Shown: positions 12,706-26,384 of the stretch, piece by piece
How positions within the stretch are numbered: the first letter of the stretch is position 1
Layout of the letters: every line of letters begins with the position of its first letter
Assembly (NCBI RefSeq): GCF_964355755.1
Contig: NC_092674.1
Span: forward strand, 25,916,001 to 25,980,000
Direction: 5' to 3'
Source: Antedon mediterranea
Lineage: Eukaryota; Animalia; Echinodermata
Length of the DNA stretch: 64,000 nt
The notes under the pieces: generated by a model
What the model saw: the letters and a program-made list of their open reading frames with translations, nothing else
What the model was told of the DNA's origin: nothing
The model's database searches: none
Program-made: the position numbers and the translations under genes

Positions 12706-13965
12706 CCTAATCCTAGCGATCCATCATGTTCATTTAAAAGAGATATAATCCAGCTCTGTATAGCCATAATAATGCCAAAAGTATTAAACTGTCGTCGGAC
12801 CGAAGCTTTCAACTTTACAATAGCAATTTGTATAACCTTACGCCGAAGCAAACAGTTATTTTAGAGAGACATTTTTATAAATCGTCTTTATGTCTGTTGA
12901 TGAGAACATTAAAGACGTACTCTTTCCGTAAATCCGCAACATTGATAACTACAAATCCAGTAATTGCTAACAATTTCAACAAAAACAGCTGATCGAAGAA
13001 AAATTCATCAATATTAAGTCACATTTTATGTTCTGGGCCTGATTTGAACCCTATATAAACATCTTCTTCGTTGGAAGAGATTAGAGGGTTAGGTTCAGTT
13101 ATATCTAGAAAGTAGGTCGGCTACCAACATAGATAATAATGTTAATGTAGTCAAATGTAGCGCTTTTAACAATCAACAAATTGTCCCAAAAGGCTTAAAC
13201 AATAATAATTAATCTCTTACATTATTCATAATTTCTGTCTGAGACGTCCAGTTGGGACTGTTAGGCTTACACTTGCGTAAACGCTTTTACGTAATGAAAC
13301 TCAATTCTAAATATTCAAACCCATTACTCCATTATGATGAATGTTCTATCCGTTCCTATATTTATTTTTTTGGTTCGACATTCTAATTAACGTTTGTTGT
13401 TTTTATCTGATAGTCTAAACAGACGGTATGCTGATTCAATCGACGTTAAATCATATTGATACATGCATTCATTTGGCCTAGCTTTTGGTTCGTTATCCTC
13501 TAACATTAGTCACATATGTTTAAACATGGGCGAATTGGCTGTTATTTCACGTTTCAATAAAATAAATTGTTCTTCAGCTGTTTTATTGTTTTTATGCCAT
13601 TATTGATCTCAGCCATGTAGGATAAATACCTCATGTAACTCGTTACGCATTTTGAATTAGGATAATTTGCACGTATACAATATAACAAATATTAAGTATT
13701 GAATAAAGCTAAATAAATAAGTCACGTTTGTTTTGTTCGTTACAAATAGTGACTTAATTTTTATGTTTATTTTTTTCTCCTGTATGCTGTTTTAAATTGC
13801 AATTAAAGTGCCTTGAATATTTATTGCAGCAATTAAGTAACATTCCAATACTAATATTTTTACTAATTATGCACATTAATAACTGTAATGGTCTGAAATT
13901 TCCAAGTGCATCACTTGTTTCGCAAATTGTCTTACTTTTTTTTTCGGACAGAATGCCAATTATTA

Positions 13966-14092
13966 AGCTCCGTCTACACTCTCAAACTAGTTTGACAAGA
14001 AAATGTGATATTTCCAAACGTGGTAGCGATGTGCCCAAATGTGGTAATGATTTGACGTCATCGTGTCCACTTATGTTTGATAGTGTAGACAG
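13966..14092. mobile_element. MITE family A, copy 2 (internally deleted)
   Basis: TTA|AGCTCCGTCTACACT...TTTGATAGTGTAGACAG. Confidence 0.8.
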
Positions 14093-14134
14093 GACACTTT
14101 CACAACTCTGATATATCAAATATTTAAGGTTCTA

Positions 14135-14220
14135 CAGCTCACTATGTCGGTCGGTTGGTCGGTCGGTAAACACCAAATCAAATTTGCGCACGCGACTTCA
14201 GCCATGCATATGGCTTGTTT
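14135..14220 (+). mobile_element. Helentron-associated (HINE/DINE-1-like) element, 5'-eroded copy
   Basis: CTCACTATG(TCGG)n...GCGCACGCGACT, hairpin GCCAT...ATGGC, then TTGTTT. Same family as 24163-24284. Confidence 0.7.
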
Positions 14221-14544
14221 AATCAAATCTTGCATGTGCAACCCTTCGATTATTAAACAAGATAGCAGTGATTGTGTTTACTTTTATAATATAAAGTGAC
14301 ATGTATACTTTAATGAGATACACACACTAATTATAATCATGACACTGTTTTTATAGCATGTCGATATAATTTTTTGTAATATACGAGTGATACTTTTCAC
14401 TCCACCCATGTTATGATTATCTTCCACTCTTGACAAATTAATCTGTCGGTCAATTAACATCAGAACCCAGAAACATTTAGTTTTGATTGTTTTTAGTCCT
14501 TGAGCGTGACGGTGTCTTCATTTATTAGTTACTGCGTTGTCAAC

Positions 14545-14816
14545 TTTTTGTACACAAGTTAGGGACCCCTAATGAAACGTCACAAAATAAACATGAATAT
14601 TCATTAGTCATATCCATAAGGTAAGAATTGAGCTGACTACAAATCGCTAATGCAAACTATGTACTTTACATGTCGATGTATGGGGTTCGAATTGCATGAG
14701 CTACGTCTTTTAATTTATAGTGAGAGAGATTATTTAGAGGGTTAGGTTTAGAGTTATATTTAGGAAGTAGTTCGGCTATCTTTCACAAAAGGTGTCCCCA
14801 ACTTATGTACGAAAAA
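14545..14816. mobile_element. Degenerate TIR element with internal GAGGGTTAGGTT motif
   Basis: TTTTGTACACAAGTTAGGGACCC versus right-end reverse complement TTTTCGTACATAAGTTGGGGACACC. The internal block also occurs at about 13075-13125 and inverted at about 30078-30100. Confidence 0.55.
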
Positions 14817-15522
14817 AGAAATCGCCACCGGCGCCTAAACTAAAGTTGTCAATTGTACAACCACGAACACTTATATAATAAATGTTTGTTCTCGGATTTG
14901 AACTACATTTTTACACAGAAACAACTCGCCGTGGTGTTATTATATATGTCATTCAACCATAGTATTTATTTGTGTTTACTTTACAGTTCTACGCACTGCA
15001 ATAGCTTCGTGTTGTTTTCTTCGATATTATTTACATTTCACTCCCATGTGGATACTATAAATTAAATACTTTTCCGGATTACTGCACTAGCTTAGCTCAG
15101 AGCCCATTTACCATTTAAAAAATAACAACATTTAAAAAATCTGTATCGTCGTATGATGAACCCAAGTTTGTATATTAACAGTTAATCGTCTGCTTAATTT
15201 ACGCCAAACAGTAAATCACTAAATCATTTATTACGTCGAGATAGAATGCTGTAATTGAAGCATAATCGGTTGACCCTACCAGTGACCCCGTGTTACACAG
15301 TTATCGCCACTGGGTGCCATTTTAATACATTACGTACGTATGGTTATAATTATATAACATAACTTAATGATTACGATGGTTGTATGATGAGTATGAATAT
15401 TATAGGACATAGAGTTTAGTACCTTTTGGTATATGTTAGTAGAAGTTAGAACACTACAGTAGTAGTCTGTATCTCAGACATTTATGTAAAATGTCCATAC
15501 TCTATCCAGAAGAAAGAGAACG

Positions 15523-16352
15523 AATACAAGATACAAGATACAAGATAACTTTATTGTCAAAATTGTTTACAATTTCGAGATATGTTTTGTACCTGAGTAG
15601 AATAAATATTACGATGTGATAACAATATAAAATACAAATGATACAAGTGACTATCTTTAAAAATTTTTGTTAAATAAATTGCATGCTATGTACATTGGTG
15701 AAAATCTGAAACGGTTTGTGGATATTTTTTCCTGTGTCAGTCTAACCCTTCCTGATCTACTTATAATGATGTCTGAATGTAATGGGTGTGATGGGTCTTG
15801 CATAATTGTGTCAAATTTCTTAAGTATGAATATATTAAACATTTCATCTAAAGATTTCACTTCTACACCGATAACTCTGCTGGCCTTGTTTACTAATCTC
15901 TGAATTTGACTTTTACTGTTTACATTGATATGAGAAAACCAAACAATAATACAATAAGAAATGATTGATTGAACAACAGAGGAATAAAACATATGAATGA
16001 GATGAGAACTAACATTAAACCGTTTCATTTTGTATATAAAGTACATTCTCTTATTAGCCTTGGTACGGAGTTCTTTAGTGTTGCTCTCCCAATTTAGTTT
16101 ATTATCAATTATTAATCCCAAGTACTTATGACTTTCTACTATTTCAACAATTTCATTATTGATTTCAATATTTACATGATTAGTTTTATTTTTCCTTCTA
16201 AAATCGACAATAACCTCTTTAGTTTTTTTGGCATTTAGTTCAAGAAAATTTTGTTTACACCAGACTACAAAATGTTCAACATATTCATTAAACAGGGATG
16301 TATCATTATTTGAAATTAAACCAACTAGGCAAGTATCATCTGAATTTAGGAT
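15523..16352 (-). mobile_element. 5'-truncated LINE, Rex1/Babar-like (CR1 group)
   Basis: SDDTCLVGLI, LELNAKKTKEVIVDFRR, KYLGLIIDNKLNW...DPSHPLH; ends in AATAAAG followed by a (TATCTTG)n tail. Confidence 0.85.
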
Positions 16353-16699
16353 AAAAATTAAATATTAATACAGTCTGTTAAAAAGGTTTTAAACGGACGG
16401 CGAATAAATATCAAGTTTACCTTAAATTTGGAGCTACTGTCACCAATGTTAGAATTGTTAATAGATAATAAGTCATTAATGTCCAGTGGCTAGGCCTATA
16501 GCAAAACACAGAAACAGATCATTCATATACGATTGTGTGGGTGGTATGACTTGAGTTGAACTAATAGATTATACGCTAGGCCTAAACAAATAATTAGGAC
16601 TTAATGAAATCACGAATAACCCAATTCACACACACACTAAGTTTCATGGTGCTTATTACATTTAAATTACGAAGGAGTAAGTGATTGCAGTGATGACAA

Positions 16700-17365
16700 A
16701 TGTTAATAAGGATAGTATTATAAATGAGATGATGAGGAGGGTGATAACTGCCGTGCCGGCCGAGGATGTTGGGGAGAAAGATTGTGATGGTTATGATGAA
16801 ATCATGCGGTATGAGGATAAGCGGTAATTTTTGATGAGTTTAAATATGAAAGTGATTGAGTTGATGAGGAATTTGATGCAAATGAGTACGATGAGGAATA
16901 TTATGAAAATGAGTAAGATGAGGAATATGATGAAGATGAGGAAGATGAGGAATATGATGAAAATGAGGAAGACGATAACAATGAGAAAGATGATTAGGAA
17001 TAGGATGAGAGGAAGATGGGGAATGTGATGAAAATGAGGAAGATAAGGATATATGATGCAAATGAGTACGATGAGGAATATTATAAAAATGAATAAGATG
17101 AGAAATATGATGAAAATGAAGAAGTTGAGGAATATGATGAAAATGAGTAAGATGAGGAATATAATGAAAAAGAGGAAGATGATGAAAATAAGGGAAGACG
17201 ATGAAAATTAGGAAGATTAAGAAAATGAGGAAGATGAGAAATACGATGAAACGAGGAAGAAAATGAGGAAGATGAGGAATATAATGAAAATGATAAAAAT
17301 GAGGAAGAGGATGATGGTGATGAAAATTGGAACGAAGAAAGAGGATGTTGAGGAATGATTAAGAT
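16700..17365 (+). repeat. Purine-rich GAN-triplet low-complexity repeat (27-bp unit GATGAGGAATATGATGAAAATGAGGAA)
   Basis: Internal duplication 16875/17055 (180 bp apart). Similar purine-rich sequence resumes at 18625 beyond the Helitron. Confidence 0.85.
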
Positions 17366-17376
17366 AATTAGGCCTA

Positions 17377-18624
17377 CTAGATGGTACGCTCGCTTCGCTC
17401 GCGTACCATTTAGGTCGTGCCCACAGATGGTTCTCGAATACACAGTATTTTCCAGCGAGAAAAAAATTTCAAAGAGATTTCAAATGTACATACTGCAGGA
17501 CTATAATACATTGTCGTTTACAGAAACGAATAAATATACACGATGATTTATGTAGTCAGCTAAAATTAGCACCCTGGGAATTACTTCCGAGAGAGAAACA
17601 AAATGAGTCAAATTTTTTTATTTGGACTCATTTAAACAAACCCAATTTGTGTTTTGTATGTAACATTAAGGGTTGAGGGATGGGGGAAGAAGATAGGTAC
17701 AAAGAGGAAACATTTTAAAATATATTCTTATCCACTCAGTAAAGAAATATTGTTTTTAATGTTTTATAGGCCTATAAATAATATACCACAAATACAGTAA
17801 AACATTTACGATTTAATACTTTGTTAAAACTCTCACTGTCATAGTCGATTGAAATAGTAAAGTACATGTAACGATACACCACTACGTACGTTTATATATT
17901 TTTAAATTATTAATTAATACAAACGTTGAGAAGCAACTGTCAGTAATAACGTTTATTTATTTGTATATTATATGTTTATAATCTAACAGTAGGGCCTACC
18001 CACACTCACAGTAATAAAGTTTATTTGTATATTTGTTTATACACAGTAAGAAATTTGCGATTCAAATTGCGATCAAAAGTGCATTGCAATACTATTTATG
18101 TTTATTCTCCAAGGGGGCCCATAAATCTAAATCTATACCTCTATGGTTAAACCAAATAATTTGGAATGTTCCATTCATCACAAATCAATACATTTGTAAA
18201 AACGTATATTACATGTATCAAAATAGCATTTTTTAAAGAAAATCGGCCTGTCTTCAACATTATGATGCTGTACTCGAACTGTTCAACCGGTTTTCAGCTA
18301 TTAAAAACAATTATCGTAGGAGGAGATAGGAAAATGCGAAGTGTCCTCGTATTATTGTGTGCGGGTATTTTTCAAATTGACATCCATTAGACAGTGTATA
18401 CCACGATCGGAAAACACCCCTATTTGGGGCAAATCGTTGAACCTAAATTTGTTCTAATCGTCAATAACTAATTATCGAACTCAATTTAATTAGTAAACAG
18501 GGTTACATCAGGTGGTTAAAATTAGTACCGAAAGTACGAACCAACTTTATATACCATCGAGTAAACATTCTAGAAATAACGCACGATTTACCGATTTTTG
18601 CCCTTACGTAAATTTATATATAGA
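17377..18624 (-). mobile_element. Non-autonomous Helitron with both termini (1248 bp)
   Basis: Minus strand: A|TCTATATATAAATTTACGTAAGGGC ... hairpin ATGGTACGC-GAGCGAAGCGA-GCGTACCAT, CTAG|T. No TSD, A/T insertion site. Confidence 0.88.
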
Positions 18625-19719
18625 TGGTATTGGAGGGCAGGAAGATGTTGCAAGTTAAAGGCAAGTATTGAGGAGGAGGAAAAATTATTATGATAAGGAT
18701 ATATGATGATAATGGGGATATGATGAAGATTTGATTCAATTAAGCATAGAATGAGATTCAATTGCAGAATGGCAATCAATACACATCCACATTGATTGTG
18801 TGTGCTTTGATTTATTTAAACACCATAGGACATAGACCTATATCCTCGAAATGTCATGCGATACGAAAAATCGATTACAAACACAGGTGACAGGAGCTAT
18901 TGGGTTTAGATGACGTGAACGCTACACGATGACTTGCCCTACATAACATAACATTATATTTGCCTTGTTAACATTTGTTACATTCTCATGAGTTGAATGA
19001 AAGGAACCGGAAATGACGTATAATTGAGCATACATTTTAGATTTTGGTTTTTAAGCACGATCTACCTAGAACCCTGAAGATATACTGACCATTTTTGGTT
19101 CCTATTTTTTTGGAAAGATGGTATTGTCCTAAAGGCGCCAATATATCGTGCAAATGTGATTAAAAGTGAAACTGTTGTCCTGTCATGTTGGTCTAATTAT
19201 CCTATATCTCAAGGAATAACAGCACTTCATTCAGATAGTGTGAACTTTGACATTTACGCAGACGATAACTTTAAACGAAGTGTGAATTTGCCATTTTCTT
19301 AAGAAGTGGTAAATTATCTGTAAAACGGAACGTATACGGAATTAACAACTAATATAACTTGAAATAGGCCTAACTGTTTTTGCTTTTTAAAAGTGTTTAC
19401 AATAATTGTTGTTATTGTGTAAATAGTTGATGTCAGTGAGAATATCCTTAAGCTTTACGTATAGGTGTTTTTTTTAAATGGTAACATCTCATTTCCGAAA
19501 GTAATAAATTATCTAGTGAGGTGTAGTTAGGGAAAGAACGATAACATTTCCTGTTTAGAAAATGTCTAAATTGAAGTCCTACTTATTTCAGATATTTTAA
19601 TATATTTGTTGATGTTTCGTCTTGAAATTAGTAAATTGTTTTTTGCCTTTTGAATAACATTTAGTACTGAAATTATGGCAAGAGATTACATTTAGGGTAA
19701 AAAAATATTCTTTTTAATT

Positions 19720-21030
19720 GTCCAGTTAGATTGAAGTGAGAACATTATTTATTTCTCCTAATTCCAGAGTTATATTGAAGATAAATTGAAGTGGGAATAT
19801 TATTTATCCCTTCTTTCTTTCTCCTAATTCCAGAGTTATATTGAAGATAAATTGAAGTGGGAATATTATTTATTCCTTCTTTCCAGAGTTATATTGAAGT
19901 GAGAACAATATTTATTTCTCCTAATTCCAGAGTTATATTGAAGATAAATTGAAGTGGGAATATTATTTATTCCTTCTTTCCAGAGTTAGATTGAAGTTCG
20001 ATTGAAGTGAGAACAATATTTATTCCTTCTAATTCCAGAGTTATATTGAAGATAAATTGAAGTGGGAATATTATTTATTTCTTCTTTCCAGAGTTATATT
20101 GAAGTGAGAACAATATTTATTTCTCCTAATTCCAGAGTTATATTGAAGATAAATTGAAGTGGGAATATTATTTATTCCTTCTTTCCAGAGTTAGATTGAA
20201 GATAAATTGAAGTGGGAATATTATTTATCCCTTCTTTCCAGAGTTAGATTGAAGTTCGATTGAAGTGAAAACAATATTTATTCCTTCTAATTCCAGAGTT
20301 ATATTGAAGATAAATTGAAGTGGGAATATTATTTATTCCTTCTTTCCAGAGTTAGATTGAAGTTCGATTGAAGTGAGAACAATATTTATTCCTTCTAATT
20401 CCATGAGTTAGATTGAAGTTCGATTGAAGTGAGAACAATATTTATTTCTCCTAATTCCAGAGTTGGATTGAAGATAAATTGAAATGTGAATATTATTCAT
20501 TCCTTCTTTCCAGAGTTAGATTGAAGTTCGATTGAAGTGAGAACAATATTTATTTCTCCTAATTCCAGAGTTAGATTGAAGATAAATTGAAGTTAGAATA
20601 TTATGTATTCCTTCTTTCCAGAGTTAGATTGAAGTTCGATTGAAGTGAGAACAATATTTATTCCTTCTAATTCCATGAGTTAGATTGAAGTTCGATTGAA
20701 GTGAGAACAATATTTATTTCTCCTAATTCCAGAGTTGGATTGAAGTTCGATTGAGCTTAGAACATTATTCATTCATTCTTCCCAGAGTTAGATTGAAGTT
20801 CGATAGAGCTTAAAACATTCATATTCCTTTTTCCAAGAGTTAGACTGAAGTTCAAATGAACTTAGAAAATAATCTATTCCTTCTTTCCAGAGATTGAGTA
20901 AGTCTAGTCACAGAGTTGTTGGTTAAATAGAGTCGGATTGAGCTTAGAATAGCTTATTTCTTTCTTATAATTCTTGAGTTTATTGAAGTTAGAACATTGT
21001 TTATTCCTGCAATTCCATAGTTTGATTGAT
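19720..21030. repeat. Satellite of alternating ~53/55-bp monomers (TTCCAGAGTTAKATTGAAG...)
   Basis: Monomer starts at 20291, 20344 and 20399; shortened variants of about 44 bp; divergence increases towards both edges. Confidence 0.95.
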
Positions 21031-21589
21031 TTTATTACATTTTTTCATATTTTACGCAGATAACCTTTTGAGCGTATACATTATACATTGTTTCATTACC
21101 TTATTTGGAAATCGGAATTATTAGTAATCTTGGCTGCTTTTGATAAATGTTTGTTTGTTGGAGTTATGACGTGTGTATAGGAGGATTGGGAACGCTAGTT
21201 TGTAACATGGATCATTTGTTTATTGTCTTGTCACAGACAGACTGTTTAATAGATTACCTAACTACTAAGACATTAATTGAATACGTATATTGAATAAAAA
21301 GGAGAATGCTCACATATGTTGAATATATGTGAGGGTGAAGGAAAGATGAGGATGTTGTTGGGTACCGTAATTGTTCTAATTTGGTGTCCGATTTTACGTG
21401 CAGTATCTTAGGAATACATCATTATTATTTCAATGTTTTAACATGTTAAACTGTATGTCAAAGACCACTGTAGGATATTAAGCGTTTATAGATTTAGTTT
21501 ATGCCTACAACTGTACATTGCTGTGGTCGCTCGTTATCTGAAAGAATTGACAATAGTTTTTTTTACATCAGTTATTGAAATTATATTTT

Positions 21590-21800
21590 TAATGTCACTA
21601 TTTTTAAATGTCACTACTTTGAAAAATCACTTTTTTGAAAAGTCACTATTATAAAAAGTCACTATTTCAAATTTCGCAATTTGAAAATTCACTATTTAAA
21701 ATGACATTTGTCACTATCTAAAGTGTCACTATTTAAAAATTCAATATTTGTCATATCATTAATGTTGTCGTTATTTGAACTGTCAGTATTCGAAATGCCA
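21590..21800. repeat. Degenerate ~16-bp tandem repeat (AAATGTCACTATTTT)
   Basis: About 10 imperfect TCACTAT-containing units. Confidence 0.7.
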
Positions 21801-22123
21801 CCAGTTTTAGTGTATATAGAGTGCTAGCGATCCATCAATGATTATCATGATTATGTGAATGTTTCATAAACATTAGTCATGTTCTGTTTAGAAACGTGCA
21901 GTTCCCTGATTTACAATTATAAACACAATCAGGGTTTTTTTTAACATATGACTTTTTAACATGCGACCTTGTTTTAAAATTTTTTAATTTTAATTTGTTT
22001 GGAAATGCATAGACACAACGAAATATATTATACGTATAGTATGATGACACGTTATGACATGTGGCGTTTGAAATGTTAATACTGTAATGTCATAACTAAA
22101 TACATTTGAATTGATTGGTGATA

Positions 22124-22950
22124 TGACGCGTTATGAAATACGTATTGACACGTTCTGAAATACGTATTGACACGTTATGAAATACCTATTGACACGTTAT
22201 GAAATTCGTATTGACACGTTATGAAATACTTATTGACACGTTATGAAATACGTATTGAGACGTTATGAAATACGTATTGACACGTATGAAATACGTATCG
22301 ACACGTTATGAAATACGTATTGATACGTTATGAAATACGTATTGACACGTTATGAAATACGTATTGACACGTTATGAAATACGTATTGACACGTTATGAA
22401 ATACGTATTGACACTTATGAAATACGTATCGACACGTTATGAAATACGTATTGACACGTTATGAAATACGTATTGACACGTTATGAAATTCGTATTGACA
22501 CGTTATGGAATACTTATTGACACGTTATGAAATACGTATTGAGACGTTATGAAATACGTATTGACACGTATGAAATACGTATCGACCCGTTATGAAATAC
22601 GTATTGATACGTTATGAAATACGTATTGACACGTTATGAAATACGTATTGACACGTTATGAAATACGTATTGACACGTTATGAAATACGTATTGACACGT
22701 ATGAAATACGTATCAACACGTTATGAAATACGTATTGACACGTTATGAAATACGTATTGACACGTTATGAAATACGTATTGACACGTTATGAAATACGTA
22801 TTGACACGTTATGAAATACGTATTGAAACGTATGAAATACGTATTGACACGTTATGAAATACGTATTGACACGTTATGAAATACGTATTGACACGTTATG
22901 AAATACGTATTGATACGTTTTGAAATACGTATTGACACGTTATAAAATAC
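22124..22950. repeat. 22-bp minisatellite GACACGTTATGAAATACGTATT, about 37 copies
   Basis: Near-perfect tandem units. Diagnostic variants recur 284 bp apart (22201 and 22485). Confidence 0.98.
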
Positions 22951-23372
22951 CCATACGCATGATTGTCGATTACATCATCGTCGTCATGTCGCCTTTGCAT
23001 TATACTATTAATTTATTTAATTTGCTGTTTCGGTCAGAAGGTTCTAGATAATAACAAATTATTTTACTGCATTCTGTCGCATCTTGATGGATTGTTAATA
23101 GTCAGGATACAATGAGCCTGGTATTCATACATACGGATTAAATAAACAATAAATAAAATACCGAGGTCAAACACTTTCATTCTCACTTAATATAAACAAA
23201 AACAAGTAATTAAAATTGTTTCAAGCATAGGTTAATCAGTGGTGTATTGTGTTGCTTCCATCCATGGGCTTTGGTTCAATTCATTTGACTTTACCAATAT
23301 CTAGTGTAGAAATAAAACATTGTACTGTACTTCTTTATTTAAAATAGTATTCTGAATGTTAAATCACATGTA

Positions 23373-23713
23373 ACACAGTTATGGGGCGCAATAAGCAGCA
23401 AAATTGTATTTTTACAATCACTGGTTGGTATGAAATGGGTTGATAGTACTTTTTGTTGAAAAATTGAAAACGCTGACTGCTTGACAAGAGCAACAACTAG
23501 AATCCATTATATTATATACAATACAAGTGCACATGTAAAACATTTTCCTGTATAAATTGAAAACGAATGGGTAGCCTACATTTCAGTGTATGTGTGTGTG
23601 TGTGTGTTTAAATCAAATGCGTATATTTAATTCTGAACGGTATTTTACTGCCGTACCCATTTATTCATAACATGATGTACACCTTTGCTGCGTATTGCGC
23701 CCCATACTCTGTT
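23373..23713. mobile_element. MITE of about 340 bp with ~35-bp TIRs and an internal (TG)n
   Basis: ACAGTTATGGGGCGCAATAAGCAGCAAA versus right-end reverse complement CAGAGTATGGGGCGCAATACGCAGCAAA. Confidence 0.75.
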
Positions 23714-24162
23714 TAGTTTTCTGGAAAAAAAATGTTTTTATCTCTCCATGTATCTGTATTCTCGACGACAATGAACATTAATAATAATTCGTGGATTTTG
23801 ATTGTGGAACACTGTGTGTCATCTTTCGTGATATTTAACCTTAAAAAATGAGTACTCCGTGATATTAATAGGTTTACATCTAATTCCTCCTTCCTGTGTA
23901 TGATTAAATTATGATATATTTTTATTTGCAAGCGGACATTAGAAAATCTGTTAAAGACAATTAATTTATATAATTTAAGCCTTATGATTTATAATAATTC
24001 CCCCTTGATCTCCTGTTGCTGTGTTTTGTAATTGCTTCATAATTTGTACGGGGTTTTAACGGGATTTAAAAGGTCGTTGATTTATTATATAATCTAAATG
24101 ATTATTTTATTTCAGACAACTAAATGTCTCCATATATGGGTTGGTATTCACTGATGAAACCA

Positions 24163-24284
24163 TTTTCAGTCGCGTGTAAACTCACTATGTCGGTCGGTCG
24201 GTTGGTCGTTGGGTCGGTCGGTTGGTTGATCGGTCGGTCGGTAAAAGCTTGCGCACGCGACTGCAGCCATGAATATGGCATTGT
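24163..24284 (+). mobile_element. Helentron-associated HINE/DINE-1-like element
   Basis: T-run flanks; subTIRs CAGTCGCGTG (24167-24176) and CACGCGACTG (24254-24263); internal (GGTC)n microsatellite; 3' hairpin GCCAT-GAAT-ATGGC. Confidence 0.8.
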
Positions 24285-25113
24285 TTTAAATCTGTTGTGG
24301 TTCACCACCATCTTTATTCATTCAATGTTTCATTACATAATTTCTAAACATCCACTACCTTTCTTCATTATTATCTGATTTTCCAATCATTATAATATCA
24401 TAATGTTAACCTTTAGTAGCATACCATTAGTTAACATTAGCATTAATTTAGTGTTTTGTTTTCTGAATTACTAAACATCAATACAATTTACAAAGTATTT
24501 ACTTCAACATTTTTTTGTTGTTAAATTCTTTATTTACAAAACCAATTGTATATTAATTAAATTTACACATGTAACTGTGCTTTAATACTTAACTTTAATA
24601 CTTAACATCAAATGCATTGTTTGGTGTACACTGATAGTTTTAACCTGCACACATTTTAATAAACCTTTTTATAAGTCAACACACGCGTGAGAATTCTATA
24701 GTGCAAACGTGCCTTTTGGTGTAACAATTGAAGTATAAAAACCTTCTTAGAACGTGCGTGAAAAGCCGCTGGTGTGAACGTACACCTTTTAAGTACGGTA
24801 ACACTTGAAGTGTAAAAAGGTTTATGTAAAACAGATTTACGATTAAAGCAATTTCTTTATAATTAATGTATGTGTGGATATTTTATAGTCATGGCAAATT
24901 ATCCGTTCGTTGCCATCGAGTGAAGTTGTTAATGGCCTCTTTTGAATGCGCCTTTTTTTGGCGAACACTCCATACTTAATTACTCGTAGTGAATACATCT
25001 AATTATAATAGCGACTCTATGTATACAATTATGATTAAATTCATGTTTTATAGTTGGCCTAATTAGAGCATCCTTTAATTTTGTATTTTTCTATACCGGT
25101 ATCATACGGCATA

Positions 25114-25250
25114 TCTATATATATAAATTTACGTAAGGGCAAAATTCGTAGTATTACAAATATCCGTTATGTAAAATAACACTTTAATGTATTATTTTTG
25201 TTGTCCCAAAAAGTTAGCATTACCTGGTGGGTTGACCCTATTTGAACGGG
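25114..25250 (+). mobile_element. 5' end of a second Helitron related to 17377-18624 (3' end not found)
   Basis: A|TCTATATATATAAATTTACGTAAGGGCAAAA is nearly identical to the first ~30 nt of the complete element. Right boundary is approximate. Confidence 0.65.
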
Positions 25251-25495
25251 GTACCACATGTGCCGAAACATGGTACATGTGCCGAATAATGTACTCACTG
25301 TTTGAGTACACTCAGCACGAATTCATTAATGTAGACCAAAACGGGATGGGAGGTCGTAGGTAGCAACAAGTAATAGTTGTCGACACGGATATTCAGATAG
25401 AAAATGTAATACAAAGGAATATAAGCAATTTTAAAAGAAAACGAGTTAGACTATCTGCTCGACACACCGTAAACATACATTGGTTAGCTTTTTAA

Positions 25496-25643
25496 AGCTC
25501 TCTCTACTCTATCAAAAAAAAAATGTAATGTTCCCAAATATGGTAGTGATATGCCTAAATTGTAGTGATATGACATCATCATGTCTATATATTGACAAAT
25601 CACATTTTTTTGTCATATAAAGTTTGATAGAGTAGACAGAGCT
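25496..25643. mobile_element. MITE family A, copy 3
   Basis: TAA|AGCTCTCTCTACTCTATCAAA...TTTGATAGAGTAGACAGAGCT. Confidence 0.85.
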
Positions 25644-26384
25644 TCGGGCTAGGCCCTACGGTACAGTACAGCTTCCAACCACCCCTCCCCCATATTTTGT
25701 TTTTTTCTTTGACGGCAAACAATTAGATCTAATAATAAGCCTACCCTAAGACATTATTTTAATAAGTCACATTATGAACTTTACGTGAATGTTCTGTGCC
25801 ATATTTTGGCATCGTTGTCGTAAAATAATATTTCTAAAAATTAACGATCAAAAGTTTGAAAACTACAGATCTTCTTGTATGTGTCACCATTAATTTAAAA
25901 CTCGAGTTGAAATTCAACACATTTAATGGACAGCCTCGAGATAGATAAATATTTTCGAGTTGTTATTGAAATTAGAACATTGTTTAAGTGTTGTAGAATT
26001 AATGGCCTACTGTATTACCTTGCGATTTACATGTGTGTGTGTGTGGTAATACACACACACACAACACGATAATATTTACAAGAAAGTCTGATGAAGAAAA
26101 AAGCGTGCATTCTTCTCACATACGTCCCTCCCTATTTCTCTTTTTACTTTACTTTTTACCATCAAAAAATTTATAACGTTATACAACATTATTATATTAT
26201 TATATATATATAGACTTTATTTAGACACGAGACTGATGTGCAGTACAACTCGTTCAATCAATATTGATTGTTTTTACACAAGTTCGTGATTATTATCACC
26301 TATGAATTTTAAGTGGTCTTAATATAATGTTATTGAATATTGTGATAATTTATATACTTTTTCCTAATTTAGGCCAACTATAAC

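Noticed and set aside
22124-22950. CRISPR or iteron array
   Set aside because: Units are directly abutting with no spacers; it is a plain minisatellite.
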